A stretch of 64,000 nt of DNA. Origin: an uncultured delta proteobacterium. GTDB lineage: Bacteria > Myxococcota > Myxococcia > Myxococcales > 40CM-4-68-19. Below, piece after piece: positions 48,933-59,445 of this stretch. Position 1 is the first letter of the stretch; each line of letters opens with the position of its first letter. The position numbers and the translations under genes are program-made. The stretch covers positions 64,642-128,641 of the forward strand of contig CAIWCD010000003.1 in the NCBI GenBank assembly GCA_903911145.1, read 5' to 3'. Below the pieces are notes generated by a model. The model saw only the letters and a list, made by a program, of their open reading frames with translations, did no database searches and had not been told where the DNA came from.

Positions 48933-51329
48933 ATGAACGCATCGTTTCGCCCACCAGCTCTGCTGTGCATTTGCCTTCTCGTCTCCACACTCCCGCTCGC
49001 AGCCGTTGCGGCGAACCTCGGCAGTCTCGATTGCGATATTCGCGATTACGACGGCCAGCCCATCGCCCACGCGGTGGTTGAGCTCCTGGCAACCGACGGA
49101 CGCCCGCTGCAGCACCGCGCGTCCGACGAACAGGGCCACCTCGACTTCAGTCAGATTCCATTCGGGAACTATCGCGTCAAAGCCAGCCTGAAGGACGGCC
49201 GCAGCGAGCAGCAGGAGGTCCGCATCACATCGGGAGACGTCATGGCCATCGAGCTCTATATCCCGCTCCCTGGCCAGGAGGTCGAGATTGAAGTCGAGCG
49301 GCCGAAGGCGCCACCGCCCGGAACGAGTGCCGCGTCGATATCAACGCTCGATCGGCAGAATATCCAGGACCTGCCGCGCGGCGATAGTTCGTCAGTCAAT
49401 GAAATCCTCGCGACGCAATCGGGATTCGTCAACGACGCGCTGGGGAATCTATATTCGCGGGGTAATCACGCGAATATCCAATACCAGGTGGATGGCGTGC
49501 CGCTCCCCGACTCCGTGAGTGGTCTGTTCGGCGGCTTCCTATCGCCAAAGCTCGTCGAGAATCTGGAGATCCTCACCGGGGGGCTCGGCGCGGAGTATGG
49601 CGAGCGATTGGCGGGCGTGGTGAATCTGAATACGCGCAAGCCAAGCAAGGACGGACAGGGCGAGTTTGAATTGATGGGCGGTTCCTATCAGACGCTGAAG
49701 CCGAGCGGTTCATATGGTCGTCAATTCGGCGCGCTCTCCGTGCTCGCCGGCGGCAGCTATCAATTCACGCAGCGCGCGCTCGATCCGCAAACCTTCGATG
49801 GCACCACGCACGACAGCGGCGACGAAGAGCGTGCGTATCTCCGCCTCGACTACGACCTGGGCGAACGAACGCACATTTCCGCGCTGGGCGCCTTCGCGCA
49901 CAATTTCTATCGATTGCCGATCGATACCAGCCTGACGCAATACGACCCTGCGCTCCCCAATGGAGGAAGGATGCCCGATTCCTACGGCAACCCCCCTCCG
50001 TCGTTCATTCCCTTCGATACCAACCAGAGCGAGAACGAACAGGATATCTTCGCGCTTCTCTCGATCCGACACGATTTCGCCGATTCACGCGCATCGCTTC
50101 GCATCGCGGCTTCATATCGGCACTCCGAAGGATATCTCGAGAGCGACCCCGCGCATGCGCTCGGCCCGACCGCGGATCCATGCAGCCCTGATGCGGGGTG
50201 CGCGACAGCGAGCAATGTCGGCCGCACCGCCGACCACCTCGGCGTGAACGTCGAGCAGCGGCTGCGCGTGGGCGACCATCAACTGCTTCAACTCGGCGGC
50301 CAGTTCGACCAACTCTTCGGCAGCACGAATTATATCGCTTATACACGCAGCGATATCCTGCAGGCTCCAGACCCGGGCCTGACGATCCGCGGGAGCGACA
50401 ATGCCCGCGTGACCAGCGGGGGCGCATATATCCAGGATCGAATTGCACTCGGCCGCTGGGTCATCAATGCCGGGATTCGATTCGACGCGCAGGCTGTGCG
50501 GTTCCGCGACAGCGGTTCGCGCAACGCCGCGGCCGGAGTCGGCCCACGCCTCGGCGCGGCCTATTCACTCACCAAAGATACCGTCGCGCACGCATATATC
50601 GGACTGCTCTGGCAGCCACCCGCCGCGCTCGACGCTCCCTCTGCCGCACGTATCCTCGGCGTACTGCAACCGGGCCAAGTGGCGCCCTACGACCTTCTCC
50701 CCGAGCGCGATCAATATGCCGAACTGGGGATTGAATCGCGGATATTGCCCGAACTATCCCTCAAGCTGACGGCGTGGGGCCGCCTCTCGACGGATCAACT
50801 CGACGACGTGAGCGTCGGCAATACCAATCTGGTCAGCCCCTATAACTTCCGCGACGGCCGAGCAGGAGGAATCGAGGCGGGCGTCGTCACCGTCCTCGGC
50901 AGCCATCTGAACGCCTTCGCGAATGCCTCGTTGGAGAGGGCACAGGGACGTGGAATCGAGAGCGCGAGATATCTCTTCTCGGCCAAGGATCTCGCGAATA
51001 CCAACTGGCAACTGCTCGACCATACGCAGACCTGGACCGCCAACGTCGGGGCGACAGTGAAGGACGGCTTCACGCAGCTATCGTCAACTCTCGCATATGG
51101 TAGCGGCCTGCGCACGGGAGCGAACAACGATCAGAATGTCCCCGGACATATCAAGGTGGATATCTCGCTCCAGCACCAGTTCTTCAATGCCCCAGCGAAG
51201 CCAACCATCGGCCTCGATATCGTCAATCTATTCGACGCCCATTACGCATATCGAGTCGCCAACGGGTTCATCGGTTCTTCCTATGCGCCGGGCCGCTCGG
51301 CCTATCTGCGCGCCAGCGCGATCTTCTGA
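48933..51329 (+). CDS. TonB-dependent receptor with an N-terminal carboxypeptidase-regulatory-like domain (probably metal uptake)
   Basis: Signal peptide; plug RGNHANIQYQVDGVPL..TGGLGAEYGERLAGVVNL; NLFD; terminal PGRSAYLRASAIF. Confidence 0.92.
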   Translation: MNASFRPPALLCICLLVSTLPLAAVAANLGSLDCDIRDYDGQPIAHAVVELLATDGRPLQHRASDEQGHLDFSQIPFGNYRVKASLKDGRSEQQEVRITSGDVMAIELYIPLPGQEVEIEVERPKAPPPGTSAASISTLDRQNIQDLPRGDSSSVNEILATQSGFVNDALGNLYSRGNHANIQYQVDGVPLPDSVSGLFGGFLSPKLVENLEILTGGLGAEYGERLAGVVNLNTRKPSKDGQGEFELMGGSYQTLKPSGSYGRQFGALSVLAGGSYQFTQRALDPQTFDGTTHDSGDEERAYLRLDYDLGERTHISALGAFAHNFYRLPIDTSLTQYDPALPNGGRMPDSYGNPPPSFIPFDTNQSENEQDIFALLSIRHDFADSRASLRIAASYRHSEGYLESDPAHALGPTADPCSPDAGCATASNVGRTADHLGVNVEQRLRVGDHQLLQLGGQFDQLFGSTNYIAYTRSDILQAPDPGLTIRGSDNARVTSGGAYIQDRIALGRWVINAGIRFDAQAVRFRDSGSRNAAAGVGPRLGAAYSLTKDTVAHAYIGLLWQPPAALDAPSAARILGVLQPGQVAPYDLLPERDQYAELGIESRILPELSLKLTAWGRLSTDQLDDVSVGNTNLVSPYNFRDGRAGGIEAGVVTVLGSHLNAFANASLERAQGRGIESARYLFSAKDLANTNWQLLDHTQTWTANVGATVKDGFTQLSSTLAYGSGLRTGANNDQNVPGHIKVDISLQHQFFNAPAKPTIGLDIVNLFDAHYAYRVANGFIGSSYAPGRSAYLRASAIF

Positions 51330-51420
51330 GCGAGGCGTCCCAAGATCGACCGCGGCGGTTCTGCTATCGTCGCGGCGATGGCCGCCGCCTGCTCCACCCG
51401 CCCGACGGAGAATTCCAACG

Positions 51421-51654
51421 ATGAAAAGTCTACTCATCCCCGCCTCCCTGCTCCTCGCGCTGGCAGGCGCTCTCGGCTTCCACTGGATCACCTATCCGAA
51501 CGCGAATGGCCGAACATTCTGCCTGGTCGCAAAGGACCACCTCTCGTTCGCTGACACCTTCCTTTCAGCCGATTCGCAGTTGGCGTTTGCATTCCGGCAT
51601 CCCGTTCTTGCGGGACAGGTCGTCGTCGGACAGGGCTATTGCGCAGGCCGTTAG
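51421..51654 (+). CDS. small exported hypothetical protein
   Basis: GGAG RBS, signal-like N-terminus, Cys pair. Confidence 0.5.
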   Translation: MKSLLIPASLLLALAGALGFHWITYPNANGRTFCLVAKDHLSFADTFLSADSQLAFAFRHPVLAGQVVVGQGYCAGR

Positions 51655-51807
51655 TCGAAGCCGTTCGCAGCGCAATCGTGACTCACTGCAAAAAATGCGC
51701 GGAATGCTCCCGACGGGCCGCTTTTTGTTGACAGTGAACCCAACAGTCGAGAGGGTGCAAAACTTCAAAAACGTCTCCCCGCCCTTCTGGGCGGGCAGAG
51801 GAGTTCC

Positions 51808-54800
51808 ATGTCTCGATTCGCGACGCTTGCTCTCGTTGCTCTCGTCGGACTCAACACTGGCTGTCGACGCCAGGACAGCGCGATGGACGGCCGGCTCCAG
51901 GCGGGCCGCGTGCAGAGCGCCCCCGCTGCACTCTTCGCCAACGGCGGATTCGAGACCGGCAACCTGAACAGCTGGACCATCTCCAGCTTCCTCAACACCT
52001 CGGGCCTGAACTGCGCTGACGCCGGCGACTGCGCGAACTTCCCCCCCTCCAGCGAAGCCGAGCTCCGACTCGCTGACGGCGGCGCGCTCACCACCCTCGC
52101 CATTGAAGGCAACGGCGGCGCGACCAGCTCAACCGACCCGGCCATCTTCGACGGCGGTGGCTCGCTGCGCTACCCGCGCTTCGACAGCTGGGCCGCGCTC
52201 GTCAACGACAAGAGCAGCACCAGCACGCAATGGGGCACGCCCCACGGCCAGAACGTCAACCTGCTCTCGCAGCAGTTCGCGGCGACGGCCGCGGACATCG
52301 ACCCGGCCGACGGACTGATCCACGTCCGATTCGTCATCGCCCCCGTCCTCGAGAACGGCAACCACAGCCCCGACACGCAGCCCTACTACTTCGTGCAGAT
52401 CAACAACGTCACGCAGGGAACGACGCTGCGTACGCAGTACGCCTATGCCAACCAGGTCGGCTATCCCTGGAAGAAGGAGATCGGAACCCAGAGCCTGACC
52501 GGCAGCGAAGTTGATTACACGGACTGGATGCTCTTCGACGTCGCTCCTGGCGCGGCCGCGCTCGGCGTGGGCGACATCGTCAAGGTCGACATCATTGCAG
52601 CAGGCTGCCAGCCCGGTGGGCACGCCGGTGAAGTCCTCGTCGACGGATTCGGCTCCTTCATCCCCGGCCTGACTGTCGCCGCGAACGCCCCGTCGCAGGT
52701 GAACGTCAGCTCGCCCATCACGTATACGTACACGGTCCGCAACGGCTCCACGTCGACCGCCACCAACACGATCGTGACGCAGCCGATCCCGGCGGGCACC
52801 GCCTTCGCGTCCTACACGGTCCCCGCCGGCGCATCGTGCACCGCGCCCGCACCCGGCACCACCAGCGGCAGCATCGTCTGCGACCTCGGCACCGTGAATC
52901 CCGCGGCAACGACAAGCTTCACGATCACCGTCACGGCACCCGCGACCACCGGCGACGTGCCGAACGGCTTCTATTCGGTGCAGGCCGATCAGGTCGCACC
53001 GCTCATCGGCAGCAGGGTCGACACCAACGTTTCCGGCAGCGGAACCTACGCCGATCTTTCGCTCTCGATCGATGATGGCGTTGCGGCTGTCGGCTTCGGC
53101 ACGACCACGATCTACACCGTCGCAATCCACAACGCGGGCCCCGCGACGTCTCCCAGTGCAACCATCGATCTGCCCCTTCCTACTGGCGCCGCCAGCGCGA
53201 GCTGGAGCTGCGCCAGCACGCTCGGCGAAGCGTCGATCACCGGCGCGGCCAGCGGCGTCGGCGCGCTCGCCTCGACGTTCAACCTCCCCGCGAACAGCAC
53301 GATCCAGTGCAGCTACACGGCCGTCGTGAGCGCCGGCTCGGGCGTCGGCTCACTCACGTTCGGAGGTACCGTCTCCGACTCTGAGATCATCGACCCGCAG
53401 CCGGCCAACAACTCGGCCGCCGACCAGGATCAGGTCGGCACTCTCATCACCCTCACTGTCGAGAGCGACTTCCAGGGAACCGGAGTCGGCACGATCGTCA
53501 GCGCCCCGTTCGCGATCAACTGCGGCGTCAAGTGCAGCGCCCAGTTCGTCGCTGGCGTCCCGATCAGTCTGACGGCCACGGCGACCAGCGGCTCACAGTT
53601 CACCGCATGGGGCGGCGTCTACTGCAACCGCTCCACGAACACCCAGTGCTTCTTCACGCCCACGTCGAACACGCAGCTCGCAGCCCGCTTCGACATGCTC
53701 GCCTTCCCCATCAACGCCTCCGTCACTTCTGGCCAGGGAACCATCAGCTGCCCGGCCACCGCGCAGGCTGGCACCAGCCCCGTCTGCACCGTGACGCCCG
53801 CCGCGGGCTACTCGGTCGAAGCGCTCATCGACAATAGCACTGACTCAACCAGCTCGTTGTCCAACCGCAGCTACACGGTCGGCCAGATCGAGCAGGCCCA
53901 CACCATCACGGTCGCGTTCGTGAAGCTCAACGGCCAGACCTGCTCCACGGCGAGCGACTGCGGTAGCGGCTTCTGCGTCGACGGTCTCTGCTGCAACAGC
54001 GCGTGCGGCGGGCAGTGCCAGGCGTGCGACGTTGCAGGCACGTTGGGAACCTGCACCACCGTCACCTCGGGCGCACCGCACGGCGAGCGCACCGCCTGCG
54101 TCGGAGATAGCTCTGCGTGCAATGGCGTCTGCGATGGTGCAAGCCCGAACGCCTGCGACTTCCCAGGCGCAGCGACGCAGTGCCGAGGGCCTTCATGCAC
54201 CGGCGCAGTCGCGACCCTTGCCGCGAGCTGCAACCAGAGCGGCTCGTGCCCGCAGATGGTCACTGTCTCTTGCGGCCGCTACGGCTGCGGAGCCACCGAC
54301 TGCAACACCAGCTGCGGCTCTGACGGAGACTGCTCGAGCGGCAACTTCTGCAACTCGCACGGCCAATGCGTCCAGCAGCACGTCCCCGGAGACACCTGCT
54401 CGGCGGCCGATCAGTGCAACACCGGCAACTGCGTCTACGGAGTCTGCTGCTCTGTCTCCAGCTGCGGCTCCTACACCTGCACCGGCGAGGGTGGCACTTG
54501 CCAGACCAGCTGCAGCAACGACAACAACTGCGGCAGCGACGCCTACTGCAACAACGGCGGACAGTGCGTGCCGAAGAAGGCCCAGGCGATCGCCTGCACG
54601 GCGGACGACCAGTGCTCGAGCGCGGCCTGCGTCGACGGCTACTGCTGCAACCGTGGCTGCCACGGCCAGTGCGAGGCCTGCGACGTCGCCGGCAGCATCG
54701 GCACCTGCACTGAGCTGAGTGCGGGACAGCCCCACGGCACGCGTGAAGTCTGCACCAGCGATGGTTCGGCTTGTGGCGGAACGTGTGACGGAAAGAGCTC

Positions 54801-57800
54801 GACGGCCTGCGACTACCCCACGGCCACGACGGCGTGCCGCGCGATCTCGTGCACCAACGGCGTTGCAATCGCGCCCGCCAGCTGCACCGGCACCGGCGCC
54901 TGCCCCGCTGTCGTCTCGACCTCCTGCGGGAACTTCACGTGCAACACGGCAGGGACTGCTTGCAACACCGACTGCAGAACCGACCACGACTGCTCCTCCG
55001 ATGCGTTCTGCAGCAGCGGAACCTGCATCCCGAAGGGCTCGAGCGGAAACGCAACGACCTGCACCGCAAACGATCAGTGCGCGGACAACCACTGCGTCGA
55101 CGGCTACTGCTGCAACACCGCGTGCGAAGGCCAGTGCGAGGCGTGCAACGTGGCCGGCAACAAGGGCACCTGCTCGCCCGATCACGCTGGCGACGCTCCT
55201 CACGGGACGCGTGCAGCCTGCGCCGACGACGGCTCGGGATGCGGCGGCTCCTGCGATGGAACGCGCCGTCTGACCTGCGGTTACCCGGACGGCCTGACCT
55301 CCTGCCGCGCGGGCTCCTGCGCGGCCGGTGTTGCGACCCTCGCCGCTGGTTGCAACGGCGCTGGCGCGTGCCCGGCAGAGAAGAGCGAGAGCTGCTCGCC
55401 CTACGCGTGCGGCGCGACGGAGTGCGCCGGAAACTGCATCGCCGACTCCGACTGCCCGACGGACGACTTCTGCGCGGGCGGCGTCTGCGCGCCAAAGCTT
55501 GCTCCCGGCTCGGTCTGCGCCGCGTCCGATCAATGCGCGACCGGCTTCTGCACCGACGGCGTCTGCTGCGACTCGGCGTGCGATGGTCAGTGCGAGGCGT
55601 GCAACGTCTCGGCGAAGGTGGGAACCTGCTCGCCCGTTACGGGAAGCCCGGTCGGTCCGCGCAGCGCCTGCTCGACCGACGGCACGAGCTGTGGTGGCGT
55701 CTGCGACGGAACGCACAGCAACATCTGTCACTACCCCACTGCCGAGACGAACTGCCGTGCGGCCTCGTGCACCGGCGACACTGCGGTGATGGCGGGCGTC
55801 TGCAACGGATCTGGCGCTTGCCCCCCCGAGCAGGACGTTGGCTGCGGCGCGAATGGCTGCGGCGAGACGACGTGCAAGAACGGCTGCTCCGTCGACCTCG
55901 ACTGCTCGGCGGGTAGCTACTGCGCCGCCGGAATCTGCACGCCGCAGAAGGGCCCGGGAGCAACTTGCGGCGGCACGGATCAGTGCGCGAGCGGCAACTG
56001 CGTCGACGGCGTTTGCTGCGACTCGGCCTGCACGGGCCAGTGCCAGGCGTGCGACGTGACCGGGCGCGTGGGCACCTGTTCCCCGGTTCCCGCGGGAGGT
56101 TCACCGCACAGCGCTCGCCAGGCCTGCACGAACGACGGCAGCGGTTGCGGCGGCGTCTGCGACGGCGTCGACATCGCAATCTGCGCGTATCCCTCGGCAG
56201 AGACGACCTGCCGCGCGGGAAGCTGCACGGGAGGCGTCTCCATTCTCACCGCCTCCTGCGATGCGAACGGACACTGCCCCGCAGAGCAGACTCAAGGCTG
56301 CGGCAGCTACGCGTGCGGCGCGACTTCCTGCAACGGCGATTGCCGCTCTGACGCGGACTGCGCAAACGGGAGCTACTGCGCCGCCGGCATCTGCACGCCT
56401 CGCCTGAACAACGGCGGGACCTGCAGCACGAACGACCAGTGCGCGAACGGCGAGTGCGTCGATGGCGTCTGCTGCAACAGCGCTTGCGACGGCCAGTGCG
56501 AAGCCTGCGATGTGACCGGCCACGTCGGCACCTGCAGCCCCGTCACCGGCGCGCCCCATGCGGCCCGCACGGCCTGCGACTCCGATGGCACAAGCTGCGG
56601 GGGCCAGTGCAACGGGACACTCGCGACGGCCTGCACGTATCCCGACAGCTCGACGCAATGCCGGGCCGATTCATGCACTGCAGGCGTCGCCACCAACGAG
56701 GCGTTCTGCGCGGGTACGGGTGCTTGCCCGACCGTTGGCCAGACGTCCTGCGCGGCCTACGCCTGCTCGGGAGCCACCTGCGGCACGACCTGCACGGGTG
56801 ATGCGCAGTGCGCGAAGGGCGCGTCGTGCATCGTCGGGGCCTGCGTCGTCAACGGAACGCCTGGCACGTTCAAGCTCGCGGGCGCTGGCGGGTGTGCGTC
56901 GGGTGGAGCGGGAAGCCTGCTGCCTCTCTGGGCGCTGGCGCTCTTCGCGGCCTGGCAGCTGCTGCGGCGTCGCGTGCGGATGGGCGCGGCTGCCATCGCT
57001 GTGGCGGTTGTCCTCCCTGGAGCGGCCCTCGCGCAGACGACTCCGACGGACGTGCAGCTCTCGGTGGATCGATTCCAGCCCGGAGCAGGAGCCTATGACC
57101 TGCTCCAGGTTGGCTCGGCCCAGACGCCTGAGAACTTCGCGCTCCACCTCTCGGCGTTCGTCGACTACGCGAACCAGCCGCTCCGTCTGCTCCCCGCGAG
57201 CGACGCAAATCAGCCGATCATCCTGCTGCGCTACCAGTCGATGGCCTACATCGGTGCAAGCATCGGCCTCTTCGATCGCTTCGAGATCGGCCTGGTGATC
57301 CCGATGCTGATCGCTGAGGGAGCGAGCAACACGCAGGTGCTCGGCACGTCGCTCGCGCCCGCGGGCTCGGGCATTGGCGATATCCGCTTCGTCCCCAAGG
57401 CGCGGCTCTACGAAGACAAGCACATCCTCTTCGCCATCGCGCTGCCCTTCACGCTTCCGACCGGCGCTGGTCACGCTTATCTGAGCCACGGGACGGCCAC
57501 GTTCAGCCCCGAACTGCGCCTCGAGACTGCGAAGGAGTGGCTTCCAGTTCGCCTGATGGTGAACGCAGGCGTTGCGCTTCGCGAATCCCGCACGCTCGTC
57601 GACCTCGACCTCGGCAACGCCTTCACCTGGGGTGTCGCGGGCGAGTATCCGTTCCAGATCTCGACGGAAAAGCTCTCCGTGATCGGTACGGTTGGAGGCG
57701 AGGTTGGATTTCAGGCAGCGCACGATGTGGAGCGCCCGACCGAGGCAGACTTGGCGCTTCGCTGGTTCCTCCCTGCCGGCGTGAACGTGACGGCGGGAGC

Positions 57801-58752
57801 CGGTCCGGGCATCACCAACGGATACGGAACGCCGCGCTTCCGTCTCTTCGCCGGGGTTTCCTACAGCCCTGAGCGCGGGTCAGTGCCGGCTCCCGCGCCG
57901 GCCCCTCTTTCGTGCCTCGCTGCCGACGACGTTTCGCTGCACACACCCGCTGGAGAAGCGGTTGGGGTTCCGGTTCGTGCGAGCGGCGATAATGGCGCTG
58001 CGATCAGTGTCGCGCGCGTTGAAGAGCCACGGCACGGAGCAGTCCAGACCGACAAGAACGGCGCAATCAGCTACAAGCCTGCCAACGGCTACTCGGGACC
58101 CGACGACTTCGTTCTCGTCCTCACCGATAAGGGAGCGCGGACCGCGCGCGAGCACGTCCACGTCGAGGTGATGCCGCCGCCGCCTCCTCCTCCGCCGGCT
58201 CCTGCTCCGGTCGTCGAGGCACCACCGCCGCCTCCTCCTCCGGCCCCGGCCCCGGCCCCCGTCGCGGCCCCGGCTCCTGAGCGGGTCGTCCGCAGCGGCC
58301 ATATCGCGCTGCTCGCGCAGGTTCAGTTCGAGACCGACAAGGCCGAGATCGTCAACTCCTCGCTCGCCATCCTCGACCAGGTTGCCAAGGTCCTGCGCGA
58401 GAATCCCGAGTTCAAGAAGGTCCGCGTCGACGGTCACACGGACAACCGCGGCGGAGTGGCTCACAACAGCGATCTTTCGCTGCGGCGCGCGGAGGCCGTG
58501 AGGACCTACCTCGTCAAGGTCGGAATCGATCTCGCCCGCCTCGACGTCAAGGGATTCGGACAGTCGCAGCCGCTCGCGACGAACGCGAACGAGGCCGGGC
58601 GGAGCCGCAATCGACGCGTTGAGTTCGTCGTGACGGACGGGCCCAAGCCCGGATCCCCCATGGATACACCCGCTACGCCGGCATCCACCACGGCCGCACC
58701 GGCGCCCGCGGCGACCCAGCTCGGTCTTCCTGAGTTGCCGTCCACGAAGTAA
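51808..58752 (+). CDS. giant surface protein: lipoprotein N-domain, DUF11/Ig-like domains, Cys-rich repeats, internal MYXO-CTERM, then beta-barrel + OmpA_C (TraA/TraB- or AgmC-like)
   Basis: LNTGC lipobox; ITYTYTVRNG and ADLSL DUF11-like segments; six CxDGxCCxxxCxGQCxAC units; GGCASGG-TM-RRR; DRFQP..DYANQPL barrel; VQFETDK..DGHTD..LSLRRA..NRRVEF. Confidence 0.88.
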   Translation: MSRFATLALVALVGLNTGCRRQDSAMDGRLQAGRVQSAPAALFANGGFETGNLNSWTISSFLNTSGLNCADAGDCANFPPSSEAELRLADGGALTTLAIEGNGGATSSTDPAIFDGGGSLRYPRFDSWAALVNDKSSTSTQWGTPHGQNVNLLSQQFAATAADIDPADGLIHVRFVIAPVLENGNHSPDTQPYYFVQINNVTQGTTLRTQYAYANQVGYPWKKEIGTQSLTGSEVDYTDWMLFDVAPGAAALGVGDIVKVDIIAAGCQPGGHAGEVLVDGFGSFIPGLTVAANAPSQVNVSSPITYTYTVRNGSTSTATNTIVTQPIPAGTAFASYTVPAGASCTAPAPGTTSGSIVCDLGTVNPAATTSFTITVTAPATTGDVPNGFYSVQADQVAPLIGSRVDTNVSGSGTYADLSLSIDDGVAAVGFGTTTIYTVAIHNAGPATSPSATIDLPLPTGAASASWSCASTLGEASITGAASGVGALASTFNLPANSTIQCSYTAVVSAGSGVGSLTFGGTVSDSEIIDPQPANNSAADQDQVGTLITLTVESDFQGTGVGTIVSAPFAINCGVKCSAQFVAGVPISLTATATSGSQFTAWGGVYCNRSTNTQCFFTPTSNTQLAARFDMLAFPINASVTSGQGTISCPATAQAGTSPVCTVTPAAGYSVEALIDNSTDSTSSLSNRSYTVGQIEQAHTITVAFVKLNGQTCSTASDCGSGFCVDGLCCNSACGGQCQACDVAGTLGTCTTVTSGAPHGERTACVGDSSACNGVCDGASPNACDFPGAATQCRGPSCTGAVATLAASCNQSGSCPQMVTVSCGRYGCGATDCNTSCGSDGDCSSGNFCNSHGQCVQQHVPGDTCSAADQCNTGNCVYGVCCSVSSCGSYTCTGEGGTCQTSCSNDNNCGSDAYCNNGGQCVPKKAQAIACTADDQCSSAACVDGYCCNRGCHGQCEACDVAGSIGTCTELSAGQPHGTREVCTSDGSACGGTCDGKSSTACDYPTATTACRAISCTNGVAIAPASCTGTGACPAVVSTSCGNFTCNTAGTACNTDCRTDHDCSSDAFCSSGTCIPKGSSGNATTCTANDQCADNHCVDGYCCNTACEGQCEACNVAGNKGTCSPDHAGDAPHGTRAACADDGSGCGGSCDGTRRLTCGYPDGLTSCRAGSCAAGVATLAAGCNGAGACPAEKSESCSPYACGATECAGNCIADSDCPTDDFCAGGVCAPKLAPGSVCAASDQCATGFCTDGVCCDSACDGQCEACNVSAKVGTCSPVTGSPVGPRSACSTDGTSCGGVCDGTHSNICHYPTAETNCRAASCTGDTAVMAGVCNGSGACPPEQDVGCGANGCGETTCKNGCSVDLDCSAGSYCAAGICTPQKGPGATCGGTDQCASGNCVDGVCCDSACTGQCQACDVTGRVGTCSPVPAGGSPHSARQACTNDGSGCGGVCDGVDIAICAYPSAETTCRAGSCTGGVSILTASCDANGHCPAEQTQGCGSYACGATSCNGDCRSDADCANGSYCAAGICTPRLNNGGTCSTNDQCANGECVDGVCCNSACDGQCEACDVTGHVGTCSPVTGAPHAARTACDSDGTSCGGQCNGTLATACTYPDSSTQCRADSCTAGVATNEAFCAGTGACPTVGQTSCAAYACSGATCGTTCTGDAQCAKGASCIVGACVVNGTPGTFKLAGAGGCASGGAGSLLPLWALALFAAWQLLRRRVRMGAAAIAVAVVLPGAALAQTTPTDVQLSVDRFQPGAGAYDLLQVGSAQTPENFALHLSAFVDYANQPLRLLPASDANQPIILLRYQSMAYIGASIGLFDRFEIGLVIPMLIAEGASNTQVLGTSLAPAGSGIGDIRFVPKARLYEDKHILFAIALPFTLPTGAGHAYLSHGTATFSPELRLETAKEWLPVRLMVNAGVALRESRTLVDLDLGNAFTWGVAGEYPFQISTEKLSVIGTVGGEVGFQAAHDVERPTEADLALRWFLPAGVNVTAGAGPGITNGYGTPRFRLFAGVSYSPERGSVPAPAPAPLSCLAADDVSLHTPAGEAVGVPVRASGDNGAAISVARVEEPRHGAVQTDKNGAISYKPANGYSGPDDFVLVLTDKGARTAREHVHVEVMPPPPPPPPAPAPVVEAPPPPPPPAPAPAPVAAPAPERVVRSGHIALLAQVQFETDKAEIVNSSLAILDQVAKVLRENPEFKKVRVDGHTDNRGGVAHNSDLSLRRAEAVRTYLVKVGIDLARLDVKGFGQSQPLATNANEAGRSRNRRVEFVVTDGPKPGSPMDTPATPASTTAAPAPAATQLGLPELPSTK
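53930..56850 (+). repeat. coding tandem Cys-rich repeats (six long units and one short unit)
   Basis: Recurrent CVDGVCC(N/D)SACDGQCEAC(D/N)V.G..GTC-like units. Confidence 0.85.
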
Positions 58753-58754
58753 TC

Positions 58755-58793
58755 GAAAGGCGCGCGGCGCTGCGTTGCTGCCGCGCGCCTTTC
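58755..58793 (+). terminator. intrinsic terminator hairpin, possibly bidirectional
   Basis: GAAAGGCGCGCGGC...GCCGCGCGCCTTTC perfect 14-bp stem just after the stop. Confidence 0.8.
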
Positions 58794-59445
58794 AGTGTCC
58801 TGTTGAAGTGCCGACGTGGCTCTCGCTGCTGGTTTCTCGCGCGAGGGGTCGAGGCAGGTACCGGTGACGGCATACCTCACCGGCTTCATCATGATCGCCC
58901 CGGACCCGCCAGCGTGGCCCCACAGAATCAATGGGGATGGCCGACGAGTACGTTTGGTACTTCGTGGTTGCTAGACTTGGCTGCAGTGCGAGTTGAGCCA
59001 TCGCAAGCTCACGCACTCGGGAGCGACTTGGGGGCTGAGCCGACCAGCTCCGTGGCGGCGGGGCTACGTGCGCGGTCATCTCAGGAAACCCCAAGGGAGG
59101 TGGCTGCGAAGCGAGACCGCGTTCGTGTTCATCAGACGCTCGCCTGAAGCCGTTCGGCTGCGCTGAAAGCCGTTGCGATCACGCTTTGAACAGCATCGCT
59201 CCTGCGGAACGCGCATTCCCGCTGGTCACTCCCGGGAGGCGCGGCGCCCATGCCCGGTCAGCTGGAATCGCCGAGGCCCAACGGAACGTGCCGTCTCCAA
59301 AGCTGGCGCTCCGATCGCCCTGACGTGCCAAAGTCAAACCGGTGCGCATTCGACCCCGCAAAAGTTCATCGCCTCGACGCCTGCCCTAAAGGGAGGCGTG
59401 AGGCGATGACAGGACAGCACGAATGCTCAACCGCAGAAGCCTGGG

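Noticed and set aside
53930..56850. Repetitive Cys-rich DNA as a CRISPR array or multiheme region
   Set aside because: Degenerate in-frame coding repeats without fixed repeat/spacer structure; Cys patterns look disulfide-type rather than serial CxxCH.
58794..59445. 650-bp intergenic region with short ORFs (ncRNA or mobile remnant?)
   Set aside because: No recognisable RNA motif, terminal repeats or protein motif could be supported by eye.
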